Origin: Anaerolineae bacterium | GTDB lineage: Bacteria; Chloroflexota; Anaerolineae; Anaerolineales; UBA4823 | Direction of reading: 5' to 3' | DNA: 64,000 bases | Assembly (NCBI GenBank): GCA_041301185.1 | Contig: JBFYSV010000031.1 | Location: 1,102-65,101, forward strand | In this document: positions 37,881-47,441 of the stretch, piece after piece | Position numbering within the stretch: the stretch's first letter is position 1 | How the letters are laid out: each line of letters starts with the position of its first letter | Program-made: the position numbers and the translations under genes | The notes under the pieces: model-generated | Seen by the model: the letters and a program-made list of their open reading frames with translations, nothing else | Database searches by the model: none | What the model was told of the DNA's origin: nothing

Positions 37881-40061
37881 TTATGGAGTCGTGCTTAGTA
37901 AGTAGTAAAACAGGACGCTGAAGGCTGCCAGGCTTACCAGTGCTACTATCATGTATTGTTGCACTTTGCCGGATTGTATGAAGCGCATTCCCCGCCCCAG
38001 GCGTTTGGTTCCCTCGCCCACAAAATCTCCCGAACCATTAATAATTGGCTTGTCGATGTAGTTCCGCAAGAAAGTACCAATAATGGACGATACATAGGCG
38101 ACCCAGTGCAAGATACCATCGATGATTTTCCGATCGATAAACAGATAAGCAAATGTCTCGGAAAGCCAATAAGCAGGCTGGACGAACACTTTATCATACA
38201 GCTCGTCAAAGTAGTATTTGTTCTTGAGAAGTGTATAGACTGAACCAAGGGGCGCTTGCAGCGGATCTTTGGCTCCCGCGCTAACCTTGCGATACACAAC
38301 CCAGCCCAGATAAAGACCACCTAACGCCACTACTAGTGATGTGAGCAAAGGTATGTAACTGAACGTAACTGCTTCGGGATGCTCCAAAAGCGTACCGCCC
38401 ACAAAATCATGGAACCAGTTCGGAATGCTGCCACCGATCAGTGGGAATTCCTTTGGGATACCCACCCAGCCAGCCGACACTGCAAAGACTGCCAATATTA
38501 CCAGGGGCAGTGTCATCGTCCACTTTGTCTCCTGGGCATGCTTGGCAGCCTCGGTGCGCGGCTTCCCCAGGAAAGTAAGTGTTATCTGGCGCATCGTATA
38601 AAACGCAGTCAGCAAAGCTGCCAATGCAAGGACAATGAATACAGCGATGTGTCCATGCCCCCAGGCATCTGCCAGGATCTCGTCCTTAGACCAGAATCCA
38701 GCTGTTACCAGGGGAAAACCAGAAAGAGCCAGGCCCCCGATTAGAAAAGTCCAGAAAGTGACCGGCATCTTTTTGCGCAACCCGCCCATGTTATACATAT
38801 CTTGCGGGTCAATATGCTCACCAGTGTGCAGCACACCATGCTCCATGCCGTGAATTACCGAGCCAGAGCCGAGGAATAACAAAGCCTTGAAGAACGCATG
38901 GGTTATGAGGTGGAACGCTGCCGCAACAAACCCGCCAATCCCTAGTGCTGCAATCATGTAGCCAAGCTGTGAAATGGTCGAGTATGCCAGAACACGCTTG
39001 ATATCGTTTTGTGCTACGGCAATGGTTGCCGAGAATAAGGCGGTGAATGCCCCAATAAATGCCATCAACATCATGGGCTGTGTCAGATGACCATGCTCAT
39101 ACCCGGCTGAGAGCAGCGGGTAAGCCCGGATGACCATGTATACACCGGCGGATACCATCGCTGCGGCATGGATCATGGCGGATACCGGAGTAGGACCTTC
39201 CATCGCATCTGGTAACCACACATGTAGAGGCCATTGGGCGGATTTCCCAATCGTGCCGATAAAGAGCAAGATACCGATCATAGCTGCCGCAGACAATCCC
39301 AATAAACCACTCGAAGTTGTAGCCAGCGTATGCAATACTTCTTCGTTATAGAAAATCTCCCGGTAGCTGAGTGTGCCTGTCTGCGAGTACAGGTAAGCAA
39401 TCCCAATCAGCATAAAGACATCACCGACACGGGTGGTGATAAACGCTTTGATCATCGCCGCCCGGGCAGATGGCTTGGCATACCAGAAACCAATCAACAG
39501 GTAGGAGCACAGCCCCATGATCTCCCAACCAACAAAGAGGGTCAACAAGTTATTCGAGATCACCAGGGTATACATTCCAAAGGCAAACAAACCGATAAAG
39601 GCGAAGAACCGGGCATACATGGGTTCGATCGAAGGTACTTTGTGTGAATGCCCATGCTCATCGGTTAGGGTTGCCCCATGGGGCGGAAGACCAGGTAAAT
39701 CGTGATCCCCCTTAGGCTGCCCGAAGTTGTTATAACCAACGCTATAGATAAAAATCATCAACACAGTCCAGGCGACAAAAAACAGTGTCACAGCAGAGAG
39801 TGGATCGATCAAAATACCAATTTGAAACGCAGTCTCGCCCGTAGGAAACCAGGGGATTGACATCTCAAATGGATGTTCGCCAAAGTGTGGCTGTTGGATC
39901 GCTCGGATAAACACGATCATGCTTCCCAACCAGGATAGTAAGGCTGCGCCAACGGCAAGTGTGTGGCTTAACGCTTTGCTCCGGTTGGTAAACAAAATAA
40001 CGAAAAAGAATGCCAGCAGTGGCGGAAGAGGCAGTAGCCAGATTAGTAGTTCTGTCGACAT
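37881..40061 (-). CDS. nuoL: NADH-quinone oxidoreductase subunit L, elongated (726 aa)
   Basis: ..[22 protein letters not shown]-type core (here [12 protein letters not shown]). The C-terminal amphipathic segment from YFDELYDK to the last TM is ~88 aa. Confidence 0.9.
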   Translation of the reverse strand: [726 protein letters not shown]

Positions 40062-40114
40062 AATTTCTCCTCAAACAACGTAGACTGTCAGTCGTGCGCG
40101 GCTGAGATGTGCTT

Positions 40115-40423
40115 TTAGAATTTCAGCATATCGATCTCTTCTGCGGCAATCGTGCCTCGCCGGCGGTAGATCGAAATGATGAGAGCCAGACCAACCGCGA
40201 CCTCAGCTGCCGCTACTGCAAACACAATAACTGCAAATGCCTGACCGCTTATCCCGTCTGGAGCGATATAGCGCCAGAAGGCAACCAGGTTGATGTTTAC
40301 CGAATTGAGCATCAGCTCAATCCCAATCAGGATTGCCACTGCATTCTTACGCGCCAGGACCCCAAATAAACCAATTGCGAACAAAGCTGCTGAAAACACC
40401 AAATACCATGAGAGCGGTATCAT
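40115..40423 (-). CDS. nuoK: NADH-quinone oxidoreductase subunit K
   Basis: 102 aa, 3 TM helices, GIELMLNSVNINLVAF. Confidence 0.9.
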   Translation of the reverse strand: MIPLSWYLVFSAALFAIGLFGVLARKNAVAILIGIELMLNSVNINLVAFWRYIAPDGISGQAFAVIVFAVAAAEVAVGLALIISIYRRRGTIAAEEIDMLKF

Positions 40424-40438
40424 CAGGCCTCCTCTACT

Positions 40439-40954
40439 CTATTTCCTATCCCAGGCGATAATTATCGCCCCAATCAGAGCTGCCAATAAGAGCACCGAGG
40501 CAACCTCAAATGGGATCACATATGCAGTCGGCGATACCAGCGCGCTGCCAAGCTGTCTCAGTGGGTCTGCTCGGGCGCTCATTTCAGGCGGCAGGGTGCT
40601 GAAACCACTCCAGCTTGAGAGGATCCACGCCAGACCGGCAAAGACCACAACCGCGATAAAGGCTGACCAGATCCAATTTGCATTCAACTGAGTTCCCTTG
40701 TATGAAGCCACCTGTTGCGTAAGCATGATGGCGAATATCATTAAGATGGCAATTGCTCCGATATAAACCACAACCTGTGCCACAGCAAGGAAACCGGCGT
40801 TCAATAGAACAAAGAAGATCGCTACCCCAAAGAGAGCCAGGATCAGCCACAGAGCAGCGTGGACAAGGTTCCGGACGGTAACCGCCAGCAATCCGGCTCC
40901 CAGGGTAAGCGCTGCCACTAAAATAAAGATTATCTGTAATCCGCTCATTGGCAC
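40439..40954 (-). CDS. nuoJ: NADH-quinone oxidoreductase subunit J
   Basis: 171 aa. VVYIGAIAILMIFAIML is typical of NuoJ. Confidence 0.85.
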   Translation of the reverse strand: MPMSGLQIIFILVAALTLGAGLLAVTVRNLVHAALWLILALFGVAIFFVLLNAGFLAVAQVVVYIGAIAILMIFAIMLTQQVASYKGTQLNANWIWSAFIAVVVFAGLAWILSSWSGFSTLPPEMSARADPLRQLGSALVSPTAYVIPFEVASVLLLAALIGAIIIAWDRK

Positions 40955-40963
40955 GCTCCAGTA

Positions 40964-42172
40964 TTAGGACGATGTCGAGGATACGGAGGGATTTTGTGGT
41001 GCTGCAATCGGTCCAGGCTCAGCTACCCGCTTGCGCTCGACCTTCGCACGGTTGCGCAGAATTTGCACTGTCAACCAGATGATGACCAGGTTGGCAAGCA
41101 ACATTCCAACCACGTACAGCCACTCCGGAAATCCGGCAAACAGTTTATCCAAGATGGCAGTCACGATCAGAACAATCAAAGCCAGGGGGGTTAAGAATTT
41201 CCAGTTGAAATTCAGCATATGGTCAATCCGGATGCGGGGCAGAGAATATTTTATCCACATGATTGCCCAGTACAGGAAAAATGCTTTCATAAAGAAATAC
41301 ACCACACCCAGGATTGGATATGCCTCTGCTCCTGGACCGCGCCAGCCTCCCAGGAAAAGGGAGGCTACCAGTCCAGAGATTGTCAAGGCGTGCAGCAATT
41401 CACCCGCGTAGAACATCCCGAACTTCATACCTGTGTATTCAATATGAAAACCAGCCACAATCTCTGATTCAGCTTCTGCCAGGTCGAAAGGTGCTCTGCC
41501 CAGCTCGGCAATCGCGCTGATAAATAAAATCAAAGCCGCTACCGGCGCCACTACCACATACCATACCGGGGATTGGGCAAATACAATTGAGTTGATTCCC
41601 ATCGTTCCTGCCAGCAAGACCGGCACCATCACAGCGATAACCATCGGTACCTCATAAGAAACCATTTGGGCAACTGTCCTAAATGCGCCTATTAAGGCAT
41701 ATTTATTGTTTGACGCCCACCCTGCCATGATGATCCCTAATGTCCCCAATGCTCCTAGAGCTACCACGTACAGAACCCCGACATCGAGATCCGTACCAAC
41801 GATCGTGGGAGCCAATGGGATAACTGCCCAAAGCATGAGTACAGTTGCCAGAGCAATGATCGGCGGCAGGTTATAAACAATCCGATCTGCCCCGATTGGG
41901 GTGATATCTTCTTTGATCAATAGTTTGATCACATCAGCAATGGGTTGGATCAAGCCAAATGGTCCCAAACGGTTCGGTCCCAGGCGGTCCTGAAAACGGG
42001 CTACCACTTTCCGCTCGACCCAAACCAGGAGGATATCGACCAGGAGTACAAATATGGCGATCGCCGCCACCCCGATAATTGTCATCAGGATCGTAACCCA
42101 CTGGGGAGATAAGCCCCACCCCAGGAGTAAATTTTCTAACCATTGTGCGATAAAAGTAACTGGGTCACCCAT
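40964..42172 (-). CDS. nuoH: NADH-quinone oxidoreductase subunit H
   Basis: ..ERKVVARFQDRLGPNRLGPFGLIQPIADVIKL.. and ..RAPFDLAEAESEIVAGFHIEY... ATG 42172 is preceded by AGGAG. Confidence 0.9.
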   Translation of the reverse strand: MGDPVTFIAQWLENLLLGWGLSPQWVTILMTIIGVAAIAIFVLLVDILLVWVERKVVARFQDRLGPNRLGPFGLIQPIADVIKLLIKEDITPIGADRIVYNLPPIIALATVLMLWAVIPLAPTIVGTDLDVGVLYVVALGALGTLGIIMAGWASNNKYALIGAFRTVAQMVSYEVPMVIAVMVPVLLAGTMGINSIVFAQSPVWYVVVAPVAALILFISAIAELGRAPFDLAEAESEIVAGFHIEYTGMKFGMFYAGELLHALTISGLVASLFLGGWRGPGAEAYPILGVVYFFMKAFFLYWAIMWIKYSLPRIRIDHMLNFNWKFLTPLALIVLIVTAILDKLFAGFPEWLYVVGMLLANLVIIWLTVQILRNRAKVERKRVAEPGPIAAPQNPSVSSTSS

Positions 42173-42225
42173 GCACACACTCCTGCAAATCAAGCATACT
42201 CGATCAATCTTTGCTTAACATAGAA

Positions 42226-42252
42226 AAGGCTGATGGTGTTACCGTCAGCCTT
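42226..42252 (-). other. Hairpin with short U-tract between nuoA and nuoH
   Basis: Minus strand: AAGGCUGACGG - UAACA - CCAUCAGCCUU followed by UUCUAU. The stem is 11 bp including one G-U. It lies in the 78-nt nuoA-nuoH gap. Confidence 0.45.
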
Positions 42253-42271
42253 CCCTGTTTGTTGCCAAAAT

Positions 42272-42628
42272 TTACATCCATTCCAACGCACCTTTGCGCC
42301 ATGCGTAGAACAATCCTGCGACCAGGATCATGATGAACAATACGCCTTCCATCACCGCGAAGAGAGGCAACTGGTCAAATGCGACCGCCCAGGGGAATAG
42401 AAACACCAATTCTACATCAAAGATCAGGAAAACGAGTGCATAGATGTAGTACTGCACTCGGAATTGGACCCATGTATCACCCACAGTCTCAATACCGCAT
42501 TCATATGTTTGGTTCTTAAGAGGACTGGGTTTCCTGGGAGCGATCAGACGGGGAATAAGCAATGCTGCTGCAGGGAATATTGGCGCCAGGATCAGAAATA
42601 CGCCGATAAACAACCAATCGTTTAGCAT
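42272..42628 (-). CDS. nuoA: NADH-quinone oxidoreductase subunit A
   Basis: ..YECGIETVGDTWVQFRVQYYIYALVFLIFDVELVFLFPWA... ATG 42628 is preceded by AGGAG. Confidence 0.9.
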   Translation of the reverse strand: MLNDWLFIGVFLILAPIFPAAALLIPRLIAPRKPSPLKNQTYECGIETVGDTWVQFRVQYYIYALVFLIFDVELVFLFPWAVAFDQLPLFAVMEGVLFIMILVAGLFYAWRKGALEWM

Positions 42629-42921
42629 GGACGCTCCTTGATACACAGAGATAAGCATGCCAGGTTATAAAAAGCGCGTGATGCCGCGTTTTCTCGCACC
42701 CGTTAGAATGAGCTTAATCTATTCTCTAAGAAGTGGACTGATCAACGGCAGAAATTTTACCATACTCTCATCAGTTTTTCATGTTACAAGGATCACACAA
42801 CTTGTCTGACATCTATTACATTATTCCACGGAATTTTTACCCGGATAATCCATTTTAAGGTAAACTGAACCTGGAAGCAGGTATTGGTGGTATGTAGGAT
42901 AGGAAAGCGCAGAGATATACT

Positions 42922-45276
42922 ATGAATGAGAGCAAAACCTCAAACATTCCTCATCGCTGGTGGGATCTACCAGCCATCTTTATTCTCCTGATCATTCTAA
43001 CAACCGCATTCTCACGCCTGGTCGCTACAGACTGGACTCCTGGGCTTATCGTTACCCGGTATATTACTTACCTGGGAATCCTCGCAGGTCTTGCCCTTGG
43101 GCAGAGCCGATTCTCGCCAAAGTTCGCCTTCTTTCTTGCCACCATCTATGGTGCGTTTGTCATCCCTTGGCGACTTGGCATGCTCATGGGGGAAGGAATT
43201 GGATGGCAGGAACGATTGATCAGCATGGGAGGCCGCCTGCAAACGATATTTGGACAACTATCCAGACAGCAAGCTGTCACCGATAGCTTTCTTTTTCTGG
43301 TCTTAATGGGCTTACTTTTCTGGGTATTAAGTGTTTATGCTGGTTACTCTTTAACAAGGTATGCCCACCCCTGGCGGATCATCCTGCCCACTGGGGCTGC
43401 AATGGTATTAATCCACTCGTATGATGCCTATCTGACCAGCCGCGCCTGGTATCTTGTGATATTCTTGTTTTTTGCCCTGATCCTGATTGCCCGATTGGTA
43501 TATCTGCATAACCGCAATCGTTGGAGACAGACCAACACTTACATACCGCCATATCTGGGTGTTGACTTTGTCCGCATTGCACTGGTTGCTACCACCATAC
43601 TTCTGCTGCTTACCTGGACAACACCTGCCATCGCAGACGCCCTGCCGCAAGCCGAGGATGTCTGGCAACGCATCAAACAGCCGTGGAATGAGCTTCGCAA
43701 TACAATGGACAACGCCTTTGCCTCCCTGCGATCTACGGTTGGGATCGTTAGCGACTATTACGGACCTAATCTGTCCCTCGGACGAGGAAACCGGATGACT
43801 GACACGCTGGTTTTTAATGTCCTTGTGCCAGAAGAACGCCCCGAAGGGGTGCGGTTTTATTGGAGATCGCGTGCATATGACTACTACGAGAATGGTTGGA
43901 AAAGCACGCTGTTGACAACAGAATTGATCGATCCGGATGAAACCAGCCTTCGCTATCCAGATTCCGAAGATAATGCGCCAGGATTGTTTCCCTTTGCATT
44001 CACGCTCGGCACTCCACTGTCCACCCTGCCAACCCCGCATCAAGTGGTGTGGGTAAGCCGCCCGATCAAGCTGGAGCTTGAATTCAATGAGAACGGCGAA
44101 GCCGATCTGGCTTCTATCCGCGCAACACCTCCCTTACGTGCCGGTGAGACTTATAATATCCGCTCGTCACTCAACGGTGCAACAATCTTATCCATGAGAA
44201 ATGCGGGAACAAACTATCCCGAATGGGTGACAGAACGTTACTTACAATTACCAGATTCGATCACCCCTCGCACCCGGCAGCTCGCCAACCTGATTGCCGA
44301 AGGGCAAGAGACCCCGTACGATATCGTCGTGGCTGTTACCAACTACCTCCGCAACAACATTGAGTACACCGAAACTGTGCCGCCCCTCCCTACCGATCAG
44401 GAGCTGGTCGATTGGTTTTTGTTCGACTTGCAGCAAGGTTTCTGTAACTATTATGCCACCGCTGAAATTGTCCTGCTTAGATCCCTCGGCATACCCGCCC
44501 GTTTAGGAGTTGGCTATGCGCAAGGCGAACCAGTCGAAGGATCCAGCGCTTACACCGTCTTGCAGAGAGATTCTCACGCCTGGCCGGAAGTTTATTTCCC
44601 CAGTATTGGATGGGTAGAATTCGAACCGACAGTCTCCCAGCCAGAGATTCTCCGCCCATCGGGGGAAACCAATCCTGCCGATTCCAGTGCGGCGGGCTCG
44701 TCAGCCAGTGAAATCGAAGAGCCACCGAATCTTGATTTGGATCGCCTGAGAAATCTTGAAGGTGCAGGAGAGCTGGGTAACCCCAATAACACTACAACCC
44801 GATTGATCACGATCAGTTTTGTATTGGTTGCCCTGGTCTTCGCCTTGATTCTACTATTAGTCCCGTTTGCTCGTAAAAAACGGTTCCAAGAAAGATTTCA
44901 AACCCTGCCCATATTCCTCGAAACCAGTCTGAAAAGGATCGGTATTCACCCCCCAACATTCTTAAGGGACTGGGCTCGCCGGGCCAGGCTTTCACCGTTA
45001 GCTCGCGCCTACCATGAGATCAATGCAGCGTTATCTCGGTTAAAGGAGCCGCCCAAGCCTACCGACACCCCGGCAGAAAGGGTGACATCGTTGGAGGCAG
45101 CCCTACCGCCTGCCAGCCCGCCCGCTCAGAAATTGCTGGCTGAGTATCAGACGGCTACATACAGTCGAGACTACACGGCAGATTTATCCGCTGCCCAAAA
45201 AGCGGGCAGCGATATTCGCAGCCTGTCTTATCGTGCCTGGTTGCAGCGATTGATCAATAAAAAACCGGTATCTTAA
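42922..45276 (+). CDS. Transglutaminase-like membrane protein (TgpA-like: N-terminal polytopic domain, TGase core, C-terminal TM + tail)
   Basis: Cys-His-Asp core: QQGFCNYYATAEIVLLRSLGIPARL, DSHAWPEVYF, GWVEFEPT. ~6 N-terminal TM helices and one TM after the core. Confidence 0.8.
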   Translation: MNESKTSNIPHRWWDLPAIFILLIILTTAFSRLVATDWTPGLIVTRYITYLGILAGLALGQSRFSPKFAFFLATIYGAFVIPWRLGMLMGEGIGWQERLISMGGRLQTIFGQLSRQQAVTDSFLFLVLMGLLFWVLSVYAGYSLTRYAHPWRIILPTGAAMVLIHSYDAYLTSRAWYLVIFLFFALILIARLVYLHNRNRWRQTNTYIPPYLGVDFVRIALVATTILLLLTWTTPAIADALPQAEDVWQRIKQPWNELRNTMDNAFASLRSTVGIVSDYYGPNLSLGRGNRMTDTLVFNVLVPEERPEGVRFYWRSRAYDYYENGWKSTLLTTELIDPDETSLRYPDSEDNAPGLFPFAFTLGTPLSTLPTPHQVVWVSRPIKLELEFNENGEADLASIRATPPLRAGETYNIRSSLNGATILSMRNAGTNYPEWVTERYLQLPDSITPRTRQLANLIAEGQETPYDIVVAVTNYLRNNIEYTETVPPLPTDQELVDWFLFDLQQGFCNYYATAEIVLLRSLGIPARLGVGYAQGEPVEGSSAYTVLQRDSHAWPEVYFPSIGWVEFEPTVSQPEILRPSGETNPADSSAAGSSASEIEEPPNLDLDRLRNLEGAGELGNPNNTTTRLITISFVLVALVFALILLLVPFARKKRFQERFQTLPIFLETSLKRIGIHPPTFLRDWARRARLSPLARAYHEINAALSRLKEPPKPTDTPAERVTSLEAALPPASPPAQKLLAEYQTATYSRDYTADLSAAQKAGSDIRSLSYRAWLQRLINKKPVS

Positions 45277-45280
45277 TCCC

Positions 45281-46246
45281 TCAGGATAAGTTATCCTGGT
45301 ATGCTTGTGCAAACAAAGCTGGCGAGCCACCTGTATGCCAGAACAATACCGACGAACTCGTGGGAAAGTACCCTTTTTTCATCAGGTCAAGCATCCCTCC
45401 GGCAGCCCGACCGGTATACACCGGATCCAGGAATAGACCCTCCAGGCGCGCAAACGTTTGGATAGCCTCCTTCTCCAGAGCGCCCATCTTGCCATATCCC
45501 TCTCCAAGGTAATCTGCGTTGACGATGATTTCTTCTGGCGAGAATGAGGCTGTTACTCCTAATTCCAATGCAGAGGCATTTGCCAGGTTTGCTACTCGAT
45601 CTTTCAGAATATTTGCATGCTCATCGATGCTGATCCCGAGGATACTCCCCTGGAAACCAAACAGCCTCGCTCCCAATACCATCCCTGCCTGGGTGCCGCC
45701 AGACGAAGATGCAACCACAATCCAGTCCGCGTGAATATTTTGATGCTTGAGCTCTTGCATCGCCAGGGCATAAGCGATGACTCCGGTAGGATTTGAGCCT
45801 CCGTATGGGATGAGATAAGGCTCTTTACCCTGTCCAAGCAGTTCGGCATAAGTGGCCTGTAGAATCTTCTCGCGTGGTTGACTTTGTGTCCAGACAATAT
45901 TTGCCCCCAGTAATTGGTCAAGGAATAAATTTCCCGATGGCTTTTCCGGCTGCTCACCGATCAGTACCAATGTGCATTCAAAACCAAATTTTGCAGCAGC
46001 GGCTGCGGTTTGGCGGCAATGATTTGATTGCATCGCGCCGGCAGTGATGATCGTGCGCGCCTGATGTTCCTGCGCTTCGGCGATTAATAGCTCAAGCTTA
46101 CGGGTCTTGTTACCCCCAAGTGCTAGACCTGTCTGGTCATCTCGTTTTACCAAAATCGAAGGACCATTCAGATAAGCAGTCAGCCTGGGTGCAGCCTCAA
46201 CAGGAGTAGGTAGATGAGCCAGTTGAACACGAGGTAGAAATATCAT
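45281..46246 (-). CDS. ACC deaminase / D-cysteine desulfhydrase family PLP enzyme
   Basis: KRDDQTGLALGGNKTRKLELL (PLP lysine motif). 321 aa, fold-type II. Confidence 0.8.
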   Translation of the reverse strand: MIFLPRVQLAHLPTPVEAAPRLTAYLNGPSILVKRDDQTGLALGGNKTRKLELLIAEAQEHQARTIITAGAMQSNHCRQTAAAAAKFGFECTLVLIGEQPEKPSGNLFLDQLLGANIVWTQSQPREKILQATYAELLGQGKEPYLIPYGGSNPTGVIAYALAMQELKHQNIHADWIVVASSSGGTQAGMVLGARLFGFQGSILGISIDEHANILKDRVANLANASALELGVTASFSPEEIIVNADYLGEGYGKMGALEKEAIQTFARLEGLFLDPVYTGRAAGGMLDLMKKGYFPTSSSVLFWHTGGSPALFAQAYQDNLS

Positions 46247-46267
46247 TGCTTTCCTCCAGTCACAAAC

Positions 46268-47425
46268 TTAATCTTCGAGCGCATGCTCCCTTTTCGCCTT
46301 GCTTCGCCTGCGCATCGCTTCAAGTATTCTCGGCATGATCGCTGTGTAAAATTGGTAGAGTGCCGGTCTCACCGGTCTGTCCCATGCGCCAATCGTGCGC
46401 GCCAATTGTCCGCCAAAACCTTCTTTAAACCGGTACACCCCCCACATGGGATCACTCTCATCAAAGCGGTCGGGTGCTCCCCACATATCATACACGATGC
46501 AGCCTGATGATTTTGCATGCCGGATCGCTTCCCATTGCAATAGATGATTGGGCATTTTCTCTCGGTGGACTTCACCTGACATCCCATACATATACCAGGC
46601 TTTTCCTGAAAACAAAAATAGAATCAAAGCGGCTACGGGCTGTCCGTCAACCTGGGCAATTAGCGGCTGGGCCATATGGCTATCCATGAATATCCGCCAC
46701 GCCTTTAAGTAATATTCTCTCTCGCGGATAATAAAATTGTCCCGTAAGGCAGTTTCAGCATACATCTGGTAGAGCAATTCCAGGTCTTCGAGTTCACCTT
46801 TGCGAACCGTAACGCCTTTACGTGACGCCAGGCGGATGTTATAACGGGTTTTCTGTTTCATTCCCGCCAGGATTGCATCCTCAGACTGGTTTATGTCTAG
46901 CAACACCGTGTTACGAAACTGGATTTGTTCTTCAGACGCATGCCAGCGATTATCTCGTAAATGACCTTCGACAACTCTTCCCAACGGAATTTCATTATCG
47001 CCTGGCGAGCCTGGTTCACCGTATCCTACGATGATGTCCGGATCGATCTTGATCGAGATCGATTTATTCATACGCGCGAACGCTCTGAGATCATCCAGGA
47101 TTTGCTGCCGCAGGACAGCATCATTCCAATCTAACAGCAGAGGTCCTTTCGGAACATACAGGATATTGAATGGCAATTTTATCCTACTGAGAGAGACACC
47201 TCGCTTGAGCACCAGAGCTGCCCCGCGAATGGCTTCCTTGCCTTTAGGGAAGGTATGAACCAGGCGGATATCATTTCCTGCTCCAGTCCAGATGCAGTAT
47301 ATTGGCTCCCATCCATGCAAGGACTTGAACATCCCCCAATGCCAGGTCTGTAAAACATGCGATCCCGGCAACCCAGCGATTAATTGATTCCAGACGGTTG
47401 AATGAATAGCTGCCGGCTCGATCAT
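46268..47425 (-). CDS. FemAB-family aminoacyl-tRNA-dependent transferase-like protein (paralog 1)
   Basis: MKQKTRYNIRLASRKGVTV, ..AWYMYGMSGEVHREKMPNHLLQWEAI.., GVYRFKEGFGG. Confidence 0.75.
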   Translation of the reverse strand: MIEPAAIHSTVWNQLIAGLPGSHVLQTWHWGMFKSLHGWEPIYCIWTGAGNDIRLVHTFPKGKEAIRGAALVLKRGVSLSRIKLPFNILYVPKGPLLLDWNDAVLRQQILDDLRAFARMNKSISIKIDPDIIVGYGEPGSPGDNEIPLGRVVEGHLRDNRWHASEEQIQFRNTVLLDINQSEDAILAGMKQKTRYNIRLASRKGVTVRKGELEDLELLYQMYAETALRDNFIIREREYYLKAWRIFMDSHMAQPLIAQVDGQPVAALILFLFSGKAWYMYGMSGEVHREKMPNHLLQWEAIRHAKSSGCIVYDMWGAPDRFDESDPMWGVYRFKEGFGGQLARTIGAWDRPVRPALYQFYTAIMPRILEAMRRRSKAKREHALED

Positions 47426-47441
47426 CAGGCGACCTCTAGCA

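Noticed and set aside
42665-42700. Small hairpin with a U-tract in the nuoA leader (AAAACGCG-GCAUCA-CGCGCUUUUU on the minus strand).
   Set aside because: It has only 4 G-C pairs plus bulged A-U pairs, which is too weak to call a terminator or attenuator.
43408-44043. 211-aa minus-strand ORF inside the transglutaminase-like gene.
   Set aside because: It is antisense to a gene with a clear Cys-His-Asp core and has no motif or RBS.
45282-45298. 7-bp hairpin CAGGATA-AGT-TATCCTG immediately after the transglutaminase-like gene stop and inside the dcyD-like 3' end.
   Set aside because: The stem is short with no U-tract. It might help terminate the plus-strand gene, but the evidence is insufficient.
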